The position numbers and the translations under genes were made by a program. Shown piece after piece: positions 10,555-21,147 of a stretch of DNA of 64,000 nt; the first letter of the stretch is position 1, and each line of letters starts with the position of its first letter. The DNA is from a virus. Its lineage: Duplodnaviria; Caudoviricetes. The stretch spans positions 8,857 to 72,856 of IMG/VR virus record IMGVR_UViG_3300017432_000006; one strand, 5' to 3'. Under the pieces are notes generated by a model. That model made no database searches, was not told where the DNA came from, and saw nothing but the letters and a program-made list of their open reading frames with translations.

Positions 10555-11417
10555 ACAATACCGGCGCCGATCTTTCGGTATTTGTCAAGCAACTGATCGA
10601 CAATCACATTTCCCGTGCCCTGGAACGCTAGCGCGTTGAGACCTAGGGTAGTTCTGTCGTAACTGACATTCTCGAAGTAGCGTTCTCTGTATACTGAGTC
10701 ATTGCATGAGTAGTCATTGATCAACAAACGTGCTGCCTCTTGTACGTCGGCGGGAATGTGTGTGTATCCCCACTCTCCGTAGATTCTGTAAAGACCGTCA
10801 GGCTGGAATGAGTATCTGTAGTTAGGTGTTCTAATGACACCGCCGACTACCATCTGATTCAAGTATTCCTCGGGTGGTGCTTGCTTCAAGGTCATATATG
10901 AAACGGTAGGTAATTGAATGTAGTTGCCACCAACTGTGATCGTAGCATCGCTTACCCACATACCCGGCGTCTCTGGGTCGATACTGATGAGTGGTGAGCC
11001 AAGCGCCATGCGTGAACCATTAATTGCCTTGCCCTCTCGGACCTCCTTGAACAAACCGAACTTCTGGCCTGTGTAGGACTCGATGACAAGTCTTACTTGG
11101 TTCTCGATAGTCTGTAGTTCATTGTCACTCTTGATATCGGTGAAGTAGGTCTTGATCACACTGAGAGGCACCAAGGGGGTAAACACATCAACAGAGTTCT
11201 TGGTTGTGAACCCGCCCGGTCCTGTCCACACGAAGAAGACCTTACCGTCGTACTTGGTTTCGCTGTAGTTCAACTTAACCGAATATCTACCGGCAACCGG
11301 TGTAACGTTCTGTACCTTTCTTAGTTCTTTGCCATCACGCTGAATGCTGACAGACAAAGGACCCGGGTGTGGGTGCTGGAACACGAAATCTGAGTTAGTA
11401 TCTCTGTAAATAATCAT
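10551..11417 (-). CDS. Head-to-tail adaptor
   Basis: C-terminal GEWGY..IPADVQEAARLLI...VDQLLDKY pattern typical of adaptors. Confidence 0.7.
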   Translation of the reverse strand: MIIYRDTNSDFVFQHPHPGPLSVSIQRDGKELRKVQNVTPVAGRYSVKLNYSETKYDGKVFFVWTGPGGFTTKNSVDVFTPLVPLSVIKTYFTDIKSDNELQTIENQVRLVIESYTGQKFGLFKEVREGKAINGSRMALGSPLISIDPETPGMWVSDATITVGGNYIQLPTVSYMTLKQAPPEEYLNQMVVGGVIRTPNYRYSFQPDGLYRIYGEWGYTHIPADVQEAARLLINDYSCNDSVYRERYFENVSYDRTTLGLNALAFQGTGNVIVDQLLDKYRKIGAGIV

Positions 11418-11433
11418 TTGACCTCATTATACC

Positions 11434-14400
11434 TTATGGTGCCGGAGTTCCGAACTTGTCAACTGCCCAAGTTCTAATAGCGTTTCTATCTGTCTGTGAC
11501 AACTTACCCTGGTGAATTGCCAATGCTCCAAGTCGGAACTGCTGACCGTCCTTAGGTCCACCGTCGAACCAACGAGCACCTAGAAGGATTCTATCAAGGA
11601 ATAGTGTTCCTGTGTTAGTAGGATTGGTTGCGGAAGTTGTCAACTGCACACCGTCTACATATACAACCGGCGCAGCAGCGTCTACAGAAAGAACAACTTG
11701 CACAACTGAGTATGTGTCAAGTGCTCTAGAGAAACCTGTGTATGAACCACCGGTCTGCGGTGCTCCACTTACAGTAATCGACTGTAGCGCGGTTTCTCCT
11801 GTTGCTGCTGGACCACCAATTGCCCACTGACCAACTGTCTTATCATAGTCGTTTGCTGTGCTTGGTGTAGCAGAAATGTAACCTGATCTTAGTGCTGTTA
11901 CCAAGAATCTCTGAGCCATGACCATGCTAACAGTGATTGAAGACTGACCCGCGATTCCGGTCTGTTCGATCAATGCTCTTCCGTTGAGGAATTCGGCAAC
12001 CTTTCTTCCGTTAGCAAGAGTTCTGGCAATTGGACGCTCAGAGTCTGTGCTCCAAGCAAAGACCTTTCCTGTCTTCTGGTCTGTCAAATCAGTAATTCTC
12101 AAACTGTCCGCCGCACCTGTGTCGTTGGCATCAACGAACATCAAGGTGTTTGCAGAAGTAACAGGTAGACCAGAGTAAAGGTTTAGCACTGTTGCTGCGG
12201 TTGACGAGAAGTTACCCGCTGCGTCGTATGCTGCTACAGTCACGTCGTAGACACTTGTTGAATTCAGGTTTGAGTATGTGTAGGAAGTACCAGAAGTTAC
12301 TTCGTTGGTCACGACGTTACCGCTCTGTCGTGAAGTACGAACAACTCTATATCCTGTAACACCTACTGCATCTGTGCTCGCCGTCCACGTCACAGTACCG
12401 CCCGTGTCACTTGTTCTTTGAGCAGTAACGTTAGTTGGAATTGTCGGTGCTGTAGTATCACCTGCGGCTGCAAGAGTGACAGAAACTCTTGACCCCTCGT
12501 TACCCGCCGCGTCCGCTGCGGCAACTTGGTAGACGTAAGAAGCAGAGTTTGTCAGCGATGAATCATTGTAACTAGTTGAAGTCACTGTGTTGACCAATGT
12601 AGGAGTTGTGTTACCTGCACCACGGTAAATTCTGTACTCAGTCACACCTACGTTGTCAGTTGCAGCAGTCCAGTTCAAGGTTGCAGAACTGGCAGAGTTT
12701 CTTGTAACTCTGAGATTGGTAACTGCGCTTGGTGCGCTGGTGTCAGCGCCGGACGAACTTGTTGATGTAGTAATTCCGAGTACACCACGGTCAACAACGG
12801 TAGTTGTTCCGAATGTCGAAACAAGAGCCTCACCGTTCCAACCTGTAGGCATTCCTGAAAGGCTTCCTGGCACGCTGTTGTTGATGTTAATTTCTCTGTA
12901 CAGTTTCTTGGTTGTCTTACCTGATGAAGACTTGGTGCTCAGAGTGATGATAGCCTTGCCGTTAGTGAATCTTGTAGTATCGACGTTATCCAAGAACCCG
13001 CGTCCGGCCACGTCAAGTGAAGACTTGGCAACGGTACCGAGTAGTGTGTTTCCGATGCTGACTTGCACACCATCTGCGTGAATACCTGTAACGTGTCCTG
13101 CGTAGAAGCAGATCGCCATGGTGTTTCTGTACTGATCAGTTGATCCAAGTGTTTGAACACCACTTGAGTTCTTTGGGTATCCTGTCAGTGTACCTGATAC
13201 TGTGGCCTTTCTTCCTGGGGTTAGGAATACCAGTGTAGGTGGTGTCGTATCGGCACCCGCTGTTTCTGATCTAACCGCGCCTGGCGTGAAACTGATTCTT
13301 GAAAGGTTGTTACCGCCGAACCAGTTCGAGTTACCCGGTCCACCGACAGCCTGTGCGTCTCTAATAGTAATCTCAAGGACACCGCCGGAACCACCGACAC
13401 CACGAACTACGTTTCTGTTCGGGTTGGCGTCTTCGATCAAGATTGATTCGATCTTACCGATGACGCTTTCTGTTGTTGTTCCGTTGTTTAGGAAGAGTGA
13501 TCCGTGGTCCTGCTCAGACCAGTTGCATCCCTTTAGGTGTACTCTCTGTGCTAGTGCGTTATAGATACCCTTGTAAGGTGTTGAGCCGGATGCTTCTCTG
13601 TCCCACAGCAAACCGCCCGCTGCGCTACCTTCGACGTACAGTTGGTCCCAATAAATGTCAGAGTTGCAGATCGTCACCGCGCCTCTACCGTGACCTGTTG
13701 TTTGTACGCGGTGTCTGATGTAGGCAATACGCTTTGAGTCAGATGCGTCAGATTCACCATTGTAACGAACCGGTGCGATACCGTCGTCACCACTGCGCTG
13801 AGATGTGCAGTCAGTGTAAAGGATATCTTCACAACCGTTGGCTGCGTGGAATGCGTCAGCCCATGTTTCAGTCGATGTGCAACGGTTGTACCATACACGG
13901 TGAGCGCGGTAGGCAAAGAAGCCCGCTGCGCGAGCGCCAATACCATAAACGTCTTGAATCATGATATCGCTGGTGTAAGGGTCACACAGAATCATTGTGT
14001 TACCCTGCTGGTTAAGACCTGTACGGCCAACGGCTCCTAGTGTTTCCAGTACCGCTGGGTAGTTCCTGCTGGCTGCTCTAATACGAATACCACTGGCAGA
14101 CCCGGCCTCTGTTGAGTTGTTACCGAGAATACGGATTGCGTGGTTGCTCATTAGACCTGTGTTTGAGTCTGCGTGAGAGAACTGAATTACACCAGATGCA
14201 GAAGTTGTACCAATGACAATTTCGATGTTCTTACATGAAGGTGGAATGTCAAGGTTCAAAGCAGTCGCTTGGTTGACGCCCGTGATGATGATTCTGTCGT
14301 TCTGCTGCCATGTACCAGAGTAACCGTTTCTGTTACCAAAGTAACCCATCCAACGCCTCTCGAAATCAGTACCCGCCGCCACGGTTCCCGTGTAAACAGG

Positions 14401-14778
14401 AAGGTCGTTGAGGATAATTGTACGAGTCGGCGTTCTGACCGGCTGGTCTCCCTGATTGGTGATAGGGTCGAAGGCAGCACCAAACATATCCTTGTAACTT
14501 GTAGTGAAGGTCTGTCGGGCGCTCAGTGTCTTTGTACCAATCGCCTGTGGGAAATCTGTGTTCTCAGTACCGCCAGAAGGAGGAGGAGTGTTATTGACAA
14601 TAAAGGTTCTAGTTACAGAAGAGGTCACACCCTGATCCGTCGTCACTTCTGCGCGAAGTGTCAGTGTGCCGTTTGCCATCGATGAAGTATCAATTGACTT
14701 GGACCAGTTGTTTCCTGACAGGGTGGCGTCACCCAGGCTTGTTGAGCCGTTGTAAATAGTTACCTTTTGAATTGCCAT
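11434..14778 (-). CDS. Large virion-associated protein: Ig-like + right-handed beta-helix + two FN3 + LamG-like domain
   Basis: 1114 aa; WADAFH/GDDGIA beta-helix motifs; two DT.AP..P...W.A.TD.VGVT.Y FN3 repeats. Confidence 0.75.
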   Translation of the reverse strand: MAIQKVTIYNGSTSLGDATLSGNNWSKSIDTSSMANGTLTLRAEVTTDQGVTSSVTRTFIVNNTPPPSGGTENTDFPQAIGTKTLSARQTFTTSYKDMFGAAFDPITNQGDQPVRTPTRTIILNDLPVYTGTVAAGTDFERRWMGYFGNRNGYSGTWQQNDRIIITGVNQATALNLDIPPSCKNIEIVIGTTSASGVIQFSHADSNTGLMSNHAIRILGNNSTEAGSASGIRIRAASRNYPAVLETLGAVGRTGLNQQGNTMILCDPYTSDIMIQDVYGIGARAAGFFAYRAHRVWYNRCTSTETWADAFHAANGCEDILYTDCTSQRSGDDGIAPVRYNGESDASDSKRIAYIRHRVQTTGHGRGAVTICNSDIYWDQLYVEGSAAGGLLWDREASGSTPYKGIYNALAQRVHLKGCNWSEQDHGSLFLNNGTTTESVIGKIESILIEDANPNRNVVRGVGGSGGVLEITIRDAQAVGGPGNSNWFGGNNLSRISFTPGAVRSETAGADTTPPTLVFLTPGRKATVSGTLTGYPKNSSGVQTLGSTDQYRNTMAICFYAGHVTGIHADGVQVSIGNTLLGTVAKSSLDVAGRGFLDNVDTTRFTNGKAIITLSTKSSSGKTTKKLYREININNSVPGSLSGMPTGWNGEALVSTFGTTTVVDRGVLGITTSTSSSGADTSAPSAVTNLRVTRNSASSATLNWTAATDNVGVTEYRIYRGAGNTTPTLVNTVTSTSYNDSSLTNSASYVYQVAAADAAGNEGSRVSVTLAAAGDTTAPTIPTNVTAQRTSDTGGTVTWTASTDAVGVTGYRVVRTSRQSGNVVTNEVTSGTSYTYSNLNSTSVYDVTVAAYDAAGNFSSTAATVLNLYSGLPVTSANTLMFVDANDTGAADSLRITDLTDQKTGKVFAWSTDSERPIARTLANGRKVAEFLNGRALIEQTGIAGQSSITVSMVMAQRFLVTALRSGYISATPSTANDYDKTVGQWAIGGPAATGETALQSITVSGAPQTGGSYTGFSRALDTYSVVQVVLSVDAAAPVVYVDGVQLTTSATNPTNTGTLFLDRILLGARWFDGGPKDGQQFRLGALAIHQGKLSQTDRNAIRTWAVDKFGTPAP

Positions 14779-14812
14779 GTTATCTCCATATTACGGTATA
14801 AGTTAGTATAAA

Positions 14813-16045
14813 TCAATCTGACGCAGTACCAGTGACGGTGATTGTTCCTGAAACATCTGCGCCACTGGCAGGGCTGACGAATGCGACAACGGGTTCTCCG
14901 TCGCTCGCTGTTCCTTCTAGTACGAAGTTGTCTACTACTGTCGCGCCAGAGGCAGGACTTGTAATAGTGACTGTTGCTGTAGCAGGTGCTTGTCCCTGAC
15001 CAATCTCAATTGTGTTTGCCGCACTAACAAGTTTTGTGCCTCTTCTGGTGAATTTCTCAAAGAACTTCACCTGCCCCCCGCGCTTGATCACGAACTTGTT
15101 AGGCAGAATTGTCATGACAACTTCATCAAATCCACTCACATCTTCGTTGTCCGAAGCCGAGAACCGGAATGTTGCCAGGGTTTGAGACCCTAGTGGTGGT
15201 ACGGTGACGATCAGACTGTTGCCACTCGTTGTAGTTGACAATGTTGGGCCTGATGTTTGAGACCATGACGTTGCCTTATAAGGCGTTACCCCGCCCGTGA
15301 CTGTTGCTGTCAGTGTGACCTTTGAGTAAGGTGCTGCTGTCACGTCCGCGCTCGCGCTCACCAAAATTGGTGATGCTGCGTTCTGGTGGTTAATCGCAAT
15401 TGTCGTTGTGTAGTGAGTGAACTTCTCTTGTGTATCAGTAACGACGTTACCTGTTTGTGTGCTACCACTGGCATTGCTGACTTGCTTTGTGGCTAGGTGA
15501 ACGTACGAGTTAACGGCGTCTGTCTGTGCCGACCCCGCGCTGATCTGTGTTGTCCATGATGATCCGCTGTTGAATGTTCTCAAATACGGAACTACGTTGG
15601 AAAAAGCATTCATAACTGACATGAGTAGTACGTTGCTTGAGTTGATGCCGATGTTCGGGTGAATAGACGTCAATACGCCGTTACCGTTGGATACTCTTTC
15701 TGTGATGACAGACACCGGATTTGCTGCGTTGCGGTAGACGACGTAGGCGATCTGCATTCTTCTGTTCGCCCCGGCGTTGCTTGTCACACTGACACTTGCT
15801 GTAAGGTCAGCAGACGTTAGTCGCTTCCAACCAACATACGCTGCATCAGAACCGCCCGACGTAGTTCTAATCTCTGTGAGGTCAGACAAGTTGACGATTG
15901 GTAGACCGCTTCTTTCTTGTGAAGCAGCGACAATGATCAAGTCTCCTACTTGCCCCCCGACAGAGCCGGGGGTGTTCTGCGCTGCCAAAGCAGTAACAGA
16001 AGCAGTGCTTGACGCACCGACAGACTTACCAACTATTGTAGGCAT
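14813..16045 (-). CDS. Virion-associated protein with PKD/Ig-like modules
   Basis: 410 aa; WSQTSGP PKD-like motif; two ITSP.SGA Ig-like starts. Confidence 0.6.
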   Translation of the reverse strand: MPTIVGKSVGASSTASVTALAAQNTPGSVGGQVGDLIIVAASQERSGLPIVNLSDLTEIRTTSGGSDAAYVGWKRLTSADLTASVSVTSNAGANRRMQIAYVVYRNAANPVSVITERVSNGNGVLTSIHPNIGINSSNVLLMSVMNAFSNVVPYLRTFNSGSSWTTQISAGSAQTDAVNSYVHLATKQVSNASGSTQTGNVVTDTQEKFTHYTTTIAINHQNAASPILVSASADVTAAPYSKVTLTATVTGGVTPYKATSWSQTSGPTLSTTTSGNSLIVTVPPLGSQTLATFRFSASDNEDVSGFDEVVMTILPNKFVIKRGGQVKFFEKFTRRGTKLVSAANTIEIGQGQAPATATVTITSPASGATVVDNFVLEGTASDGEPVVAFVSPASGADVSGTITVTGTASD

Positions 16046-17070
16046 TAGTTTCTCACCAGCAATACTTCGGAACCGTCTTCGATGTAGGTGTTTCTGTCCG
16101 CTGTACCTGCACCGACATTGACGACTGCCGTTGAGTTGAAGTTAAGTGACAATGGTGCTCCCGCTTGCATGAGTCTTGCGTCCTTGGCGAACTTGTTTCT
16201 TAGGAATACTCCTAGATCAAACCCGGCCAGTCTCGAACTACCAGCATTCACACCAATGTCTCCTCCACGAAGGAAGTTGTCAGTGAATGTGATACCGCTG
16301 GTTGGGCCTACTCCGTTATTATTGTTGACCATCAATACGGAAAGTGCGTGATCGTTGTTTCGTGATGCGTACTGATCAGTGATGTATTGCGCTCTACCGT
16401 CACCGAAGTTACGGTTAAGGTAAGCGTCTAGTCTGTTTCCGATGATCACTGCGCCGGTACCACCTTGAATTTGAATTGCGTCATTGTGTGTACCGTCGGT
16501 GTGAATTCCATCGTCGTTCAACCAGTAAACCATCTTGTCTACCCATGAACCAAGAATGTTGACGTTGAGTGGTCCACCTGGGTTTGATGTATTGAATACT
16601 CCGAATCCGTCCGTGGTGTTTCTGGTAATAACGCGCTTGGCTGTGTAGTCGTGACCTGTGATACCGTTCCACTTGTAGTGAGGTACCTGAGGTTGTAATA
16701 GGCAGTCTTCGATAACACAATTTACTGCCGCCGCGTTGGTTGACATTACCAAACCACGCTCACTGCTCGGTGCTGTTGTCGTACCGCGCACGATGCAGTT
16801 CTTGAGTTTGATGTTCGCTGCCTGGAAGTCTACTGTTCCATAGATATCAAGGTTCTCAAGCACGGTCCCCGGCGTTGTCAAAAAGTAGTTTCTTGACACC
16901 ACAGTACGAGCAACGTCGGAAAGTGGACCTGAGTTTGTGTTGTCCGGCTGGTACTGACCAATCGTCAGTAGTTCACGACGGTTGTAATCTGTATTGGCTA
17001 CGTTGATCGAAGGGTAACCATATCGCTTGAGAATACTTCTTGATTCTCTGAGTGTGTACCTGTCGATCAA
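16045..17070 (-). CDS. Beta-helix (pectin-lyase-like) protein
   Basis: 341 aa; TH.DAIQIQGG motif; Asn-rich repeats. Confidence 0.6.
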   Translation of the reverse strand: MIDRYTLRESRSILKRYGYPSINVANTDYNRRELLTIGQYQPDNTNSGPLSDVARTVVSRNYFLTTPGTVLENLDIYGTVDFQAANIKLKNCIVRGTTTAPSSERGLVMSTNAAAVNCVIEDCLLQPQVPHYKWNGITGHDYTAKRVITRNTTDGFGVFNTSNPGGPLNVNILGSWVDKMVYWLNDDGIHTDGTHNDAIQIQGGTGAVIIGNRLDAYLNRNFGDGRAQYITDQYASRNNDHALSVLMVNNNNGVGPTSGITFTDNFLRGGDIGVNAGSSRLAGFDLGVFLRNKFAKDARLMQAGAPLSLNFNSTAVVNVGAGTADRNTYIEDGSEVLLVRN

Positions 17071-18311
17071 GATTCTCTATCCCACTCGTCTCCGTCAAGC
17101 ATCCATGAAAGAGGAGGCTGAGTTCCGTCAAGCGCACCCGGCCCCTTCGCAATGATGGTAATGTCAGTTCTGTTAGTTGGACGGGAACTAGGCCATGAGT
17201 TTGCAGCGCCGTAACTTGACTTGTAGTAATCAACAACAACGGTGGCTCCCAGCACGACACGCTCAATGTTCATCACGCCAGACGTAATGTCTGTTGCTGA
17301 GTGAGTGTGCGTTGTGCTAGCCTTGCCGCTAAGAGCAGTCTGAGTAGCAGACGAAATAGGCTTGTTAACGTCGGATGTGTTATCCGCGTTTCCAAGACCG
17401 ACGTGTGCCTTCGTCACACCACTAACAGTACCGGTAAATGTTGGGCTTGCTGTATTGGCCTTAAGATTGATCGATGCTGTCAAGTCTGACTTGTCAGTTG
17501 CATATGTTGAAGTTTGCACTCTTGAGTCAAGGGCTGCTTGTAGTCCTGTAATGTCAGAGATAGCCAATGACACGTCACCTGATGTTGGTGCCTTACCGTT
17601 AACTGTTCTCAGTAGTGCGCTATAGGTAATAGTGTCGTTGGCATCGTCATAAGACACTTGAATACCCGGTCCTGCTACCGTTGCAGAACCAATCACGTCT
17701 CTTACGGTTTCAGCGTCAGTTACTCCTCCGCTCCCTCCGCCGCCGGTAACTGTTAATGTCAACTTACCATTTGGGTCGTCGTAGGAGAATACAGCGCCAG
17801 AACCTGCGACAAGCATTCCTGCTACGGTGTCTTGAACTGCTTCTACGAAGTCAGAAATTGTTGTAGAAGTTTGTGTTCCGGTGTGGTTTCCACGAAGTCT
17901 AGCAGCGTCGATGGCTGACTGCTGCGCTGATGAAACAGGCTTTGCAGAGTCAGCGGTGTTATCGACGTTTCCTAGTCCTACGTGCGCCTTGGTAACACCC
18001 GAGACCGTTCCAGTAAATGTAGGATTGGCCTTGGGTGCTAGTGTGGCAATTGTTGTCAGTACAGAGTCTACGCTTGCCTTCGTGGCTTTCGTGTTACCGC
18101 GTTTCGTCCATGTGGACGTTCCAGTCTTTTCGTAGGTGTCGTCGGTTGCAGTATCAAGATACCAGTCGTTGACAAACCCCAATGCAGATGATGGAACGCC
18201 GGAACCACTACGATACGTGAATCCAGTTCCACCGCCAGAGCCGCCGGGACCGACTGGTCCTTGAACGCCTGGGACCTTAACTAGAACTACTGTTGGTTTC
18301 AAAAAAGCCAT
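17067..18311 (-). CDS. Fiber-like protein with repeated shaft motifs
   Basis: Two VTKAHVGLGN.DNT.D..KP.S.A repeats; N-terminal VKVPGVQGP.G.GG. Confidence 0.7.
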   Translation of the reverse strand: MAFLKPTVVLVKVPGVQGPVGPGGSGGGTGFTYRSGSGVPSSALGFVNDWYLDTATDDTYEKTGTSTWTKRGNTKATKASVDSVLTTIATLAPKANPTFTGTVSGVTKAHVGLGNVDNTADSAKPVSSAQQSAIDAARLRGNHTGTQTSTTISDFVEAVQDTVAGMLVAGSGAVFSYDDPNGKLTLTVTGGGGSGGVTDAETVRDVIGSATVAGPGIQVSYDDANDTITYSALLRTVNGKAPTSGDVSLAISDITGLQAALDSRVQTSTYATDKSDLTASINLKANTASPTFTGTVSGVTKAHVGLGNADNTSDVNKPISSATQTALSGKASTTHTHSATDITSGVMNIERVVLGATVVVDYYKSSYGAANSWPSSRPTNRTDITIIAKGPGALDGTQPPLSWMLDGDEWDRES

Positions 18312-18367
18312 GAAAACTCCTATTATTTATTTGTTCAATAGTAACATCGGATTGGTTGATTCCCAAA

Positions 18368-19339
18368 TCATTCTTTGACGTAGAGGCGAACTTCATTCCA
18401 ACCGAAAGGCACTTGTGACGGAGCACCGGCTGTAGATGCTTGAGCCGCTACACTGACGTTAATGTAATCCGGTGCGCTGACCAGACCATTGGCGTCCGTG
18501 GCAACTACACCAAATGTCAGTACGCTTCCTGTTGTCTGGCTGGGCGCCGTGAATGTGACGTTGGCGCCATTGGTGGATGACAGCGTTACCGTTGGTCCTG
18601 CTGTCTGTGACCACGTATATGAAACCGGCGCTGTTCCTCCGGTTGACATGGCAGAAAGAGTTACCGTGCTGGCGGCATTGACAGATTGGTCTACACCCGC
18701 GCTGACAATCGGCGGAACCGGGTATGGTCCTAATGATGCGGTGTCGGACCAGCCGATTGCATCGAAGTCCAGTGAACCACTAATTGCAGCACCGTTGAAC
18801 AGACCGTGTCTAACCTGATCGATCGATCCCACGGTTCCGTTGTATGTCTTTGTTTCCAGCGCAGTTGTTGAGTCACCCTGATATACCGAAAGCGTTGCGC
18901 TGCTGGCCGTTGTTGCTACTTCGATTCTGTAAATGGAGTTAGCGACGTAGGCGCTCGCACCAAGGAAAATTCTCTGAGTACCGCCGATCAGCATGTCTAG
19001 TTGTCCGCTGGTGTTGAATCGTACTTCCCAAACCGTAGTACCGGCGCTGGTGCCACGAATGAGTCTCTGGTTGAACGGAATGTTGGTCGAAGTGATTGGG
19101 AACTTACGATATGCCGAAGCCCAATGCGTCGTTCCGCTGACGTTCCACCCGACATATGATTCTGTCGATGAGGTCAATGTCGCTGTCGCTCCACGAATAC
19201 CCACCATCGCTGCTGTACTTTGTGCTACGATTTGACCCGACACAACATCAAAAGCGTCTCCCGAGGCTCCGCCCGAGTTTCCGGTTGTGACTGTTGTTCC
19301 TGAAGTAATGCCTTCGAAACTGTTTCTCTTAGTTGTCAT
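18368..19339 (-). CDS. Lectin-like + PKD domain virion protein
   Basis: 323 aa; AGVDQSV....VTL...YTWSQTAGP PKD/REJ motif. Confidence 0.6.
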   Translation of the reverse strand: MTTKRNSFEGITSGTTVTTGNSGGASGDAFDVVSGQIVAQSTAAMVGIRGATATLTSSTESYVGWNVSGTTHWASAYRKFPITSTNIPFNQRLIRGTSAGTTVWEVRFNTSGQLDMLIGGTQRIFLGASAYVANSIYRIEVATTASSATLSVYQGDSTTALETKTYNGTVGSIDQVRHGLFNGAAISGSLDFDAIGWSDTASLGPYPVPPIVSAGVDQSVNAASTVTLSAMSTGGTAPVSYTWSQTAGPTVTLSSTNGANVTFTAPSQTTGSVLTFGVVATDANGLVSAPDYINVSVAAQASTAGAPSQVPFGWNEVRLYVKE

Positions 19340-20895
19340 AGAAATGTAAGCCCCTGTACGTTAGATTCTTCCCAAGTGTATTTGTCTGCCACCGAACCCG
19401 CGCTTGTCACCTTTTGACCATTAACGTAAACGTTGTCGAAAGTCACATTGCTCAAAGGCTTGTTGGCACTACCACCTTGCAAATGAATTGGGAAAACACC
19501 TGACGTGTTGATCTTCACTCTTCTATAGGTGATATTTGAAATGGCGCATCGCGCCTCTTCGGTTGTTGCGTTTGGATAACTGCTGTAGTCGCTAGTATAG
19601 AATGAACCCACCCAAATACTGAATTGTCCATTGACCACGTCTTCGACCACCACGTCTTCGTAAAGAACATTGGACAGCGGCAGGCGGTCAACCAGGTGGA
19701 TACCGAGAGCAGCCATTCGGTAATTGATGTTCGGGTCTCTGAACTTTACAACGGTGTGCTTCTTGTACGAAATGTCACCCAACTTGGTCGGGGTTCTGTT
19801 GGTAAATGGTGTACCGTCAACCTTGGTCGTAAAGTTCTCATAACCAATTTCTGAACCATTACCACCCGGCCCGTTGATGAAAAAGCAATTGCTGTAGTTG
19901 ATCTGCTCCGTACTGCCGGACCAACCATTTGGCGATGACGCTCCATTGCCCTGCTTGAAGTTCTTAATTGCTGATGCATCGTCGTGAGAGCGAATGAAAA
20001 CCTTGTCGAAGTTGACGTACGAACTTCCCATAATGTCGATACCGTCAGGGGTGTCTCCTGCTCGGTTGCGCCATGAGAACATCTTGACACCGTTGAGGTT
20101 GATGTTCAAGGATTCGGCCAGGATAACTCCCCAATGGGTTACTGACAGCATCGTCAAGCCGGAAATGGTTGCTGAGTTGACGTTGTTGACCATCATTGGT
20201 CGTCCCCAGCGTGATTCTGTTGTTCCGAGAATGTCCTGGTTGTTGCCCTGTGGGCTGCTGTCAACAATACCGTTACCCGACACTCTGATGTTGGTGTTGG
20301 CGTAACTTGCTCCGTCGGTCGGCACGGGGGCTCCGACGTTTATGTGACCCACAAAGTATGCTCCACCATCAAAGTACACCGACTGGTTAGAGTTAAGTGT
20401 TAGTGTTTGATTAGTGAGTGCTGTTCCATTGGGGAGAGTTCCACCATAGAACCCCGGCCCGTAGTAATATGTGACGTCACCAACCGCAGGCTTGGGCTCA
20501 AGGGCATTGGCGAACAGGTAAAGACCCTCTCGCTTGTTACCATTCACCCATACCACATAGTTGCCCGGCTCTTCGATCTGAAACGAGATTGTTCTGTTGT
20601 TGACTTCGTAAGCGACATTCTTCTCGCTCGGCATAATCTTGACTTCATTGACAGCCACGTCGTTGGTTACTCTGACAACAACGTGACCATCTTTGAATGC
20701 GAAGTTCGTGAAGTACCCTGAGTTGAAACTTTCTCCACTTTCTACCGGCGTTCCGTAGACAACGGAGTTATTATTGTTCACCGTGACAGAGAATTTGGTT
20801 GATGCTGCGGGTGCGCCGGAAGGTCTGGCGTACGTCTCAACAACGCCCTCGGGAGTATTGTCTACCCATCTGTGGAAAAGTCTCGTTCTCGACAT
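19336..20895 (-). CDS. Glycoside hydrolase/depolymerase, GH28/GH49-like beta-helix
   Basis: 519 aa; TPDGIDI and SHDDASAIK match the GH28-type DG/DD acid motifs. Confidence 0.7.
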   Translation of the reverse strand: MSRTRLFHRWVDNTPEGVVETYARPSGAPAASTKFSVTVNNNNSVVYGTPVESGESFNSGYFTNFAFKDGHVVVRVTNDVAVNEVKIMPSEKNVAYEVNNRTISFQIEEPGNYVVWVNGNKREGLYLFANALEPKPAVGDVTYYYGPGFYGGTLPNGTALTNQTLTLNSNQSVYFDGGAYFVGHINVGAPVPTDGASYANTNIRVSGNGIVDSSPQGNNQDILGTTESRWGRPMMVNNVNSATISGLTMLSVTHWGVILAESLNINLNGVKMFSWRNRAGDTPDGIDIMGSSYVNFDKVFIRSHDDASAIKNFKQGNGASSPNGWSGSTEQINYSNCFFINGPGGNGSEIGYENFTTKVDGTPFTNRTPTKLGDISYKKHTVVKFRDPNINYRMAALGIHLVDRLPLSNVLYEDVVVEDVVNGQFSIWVGSFYTSDYSSYPNATTEEARCAISNITYRRVKINTSGVFPIHLQGGSANKPLSNVTFDNVYVNGQKVTSAGSVADKYTWEESNVQGLTFL

Positions 20896-21137
20896 TATGA
20901 ACCATGAACCTTAACTGCCACTAGTTTTGCCCCGGCAGGAGCAGCGGCAAGGGCAGCCGCTAGGTCATTATCGGTATATGTTGTAGGCAGCACGTACACA
21001 AGGTCATTATGAAGCGCGTCAACGTTCTGACGAGTTTCTGTCAATGATTCTGACATTGAGTTATGATCAGCAGCAGGATTACCCGAACCCTGAACGCGAC
21101 CAAGCCCCGGCACCGCTTTGAGCCAATTGAAGGCCAT
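20895..21137 (-). CDS. Small virion-associated hypothetical protein
   Basis: 80-aa ORF coupled to its neighbours. Confidence 0.6.
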   Translation of the reverse strand: MAFNWLKAVPGLGRVQGSGNPAADHNSMSESLTETRQNVDALHNDLVYVLPTTYTDNDLAAALAAAPAGAKLVAVKVHGS

Positions 21138-21147
21138 TTAGTTCTCC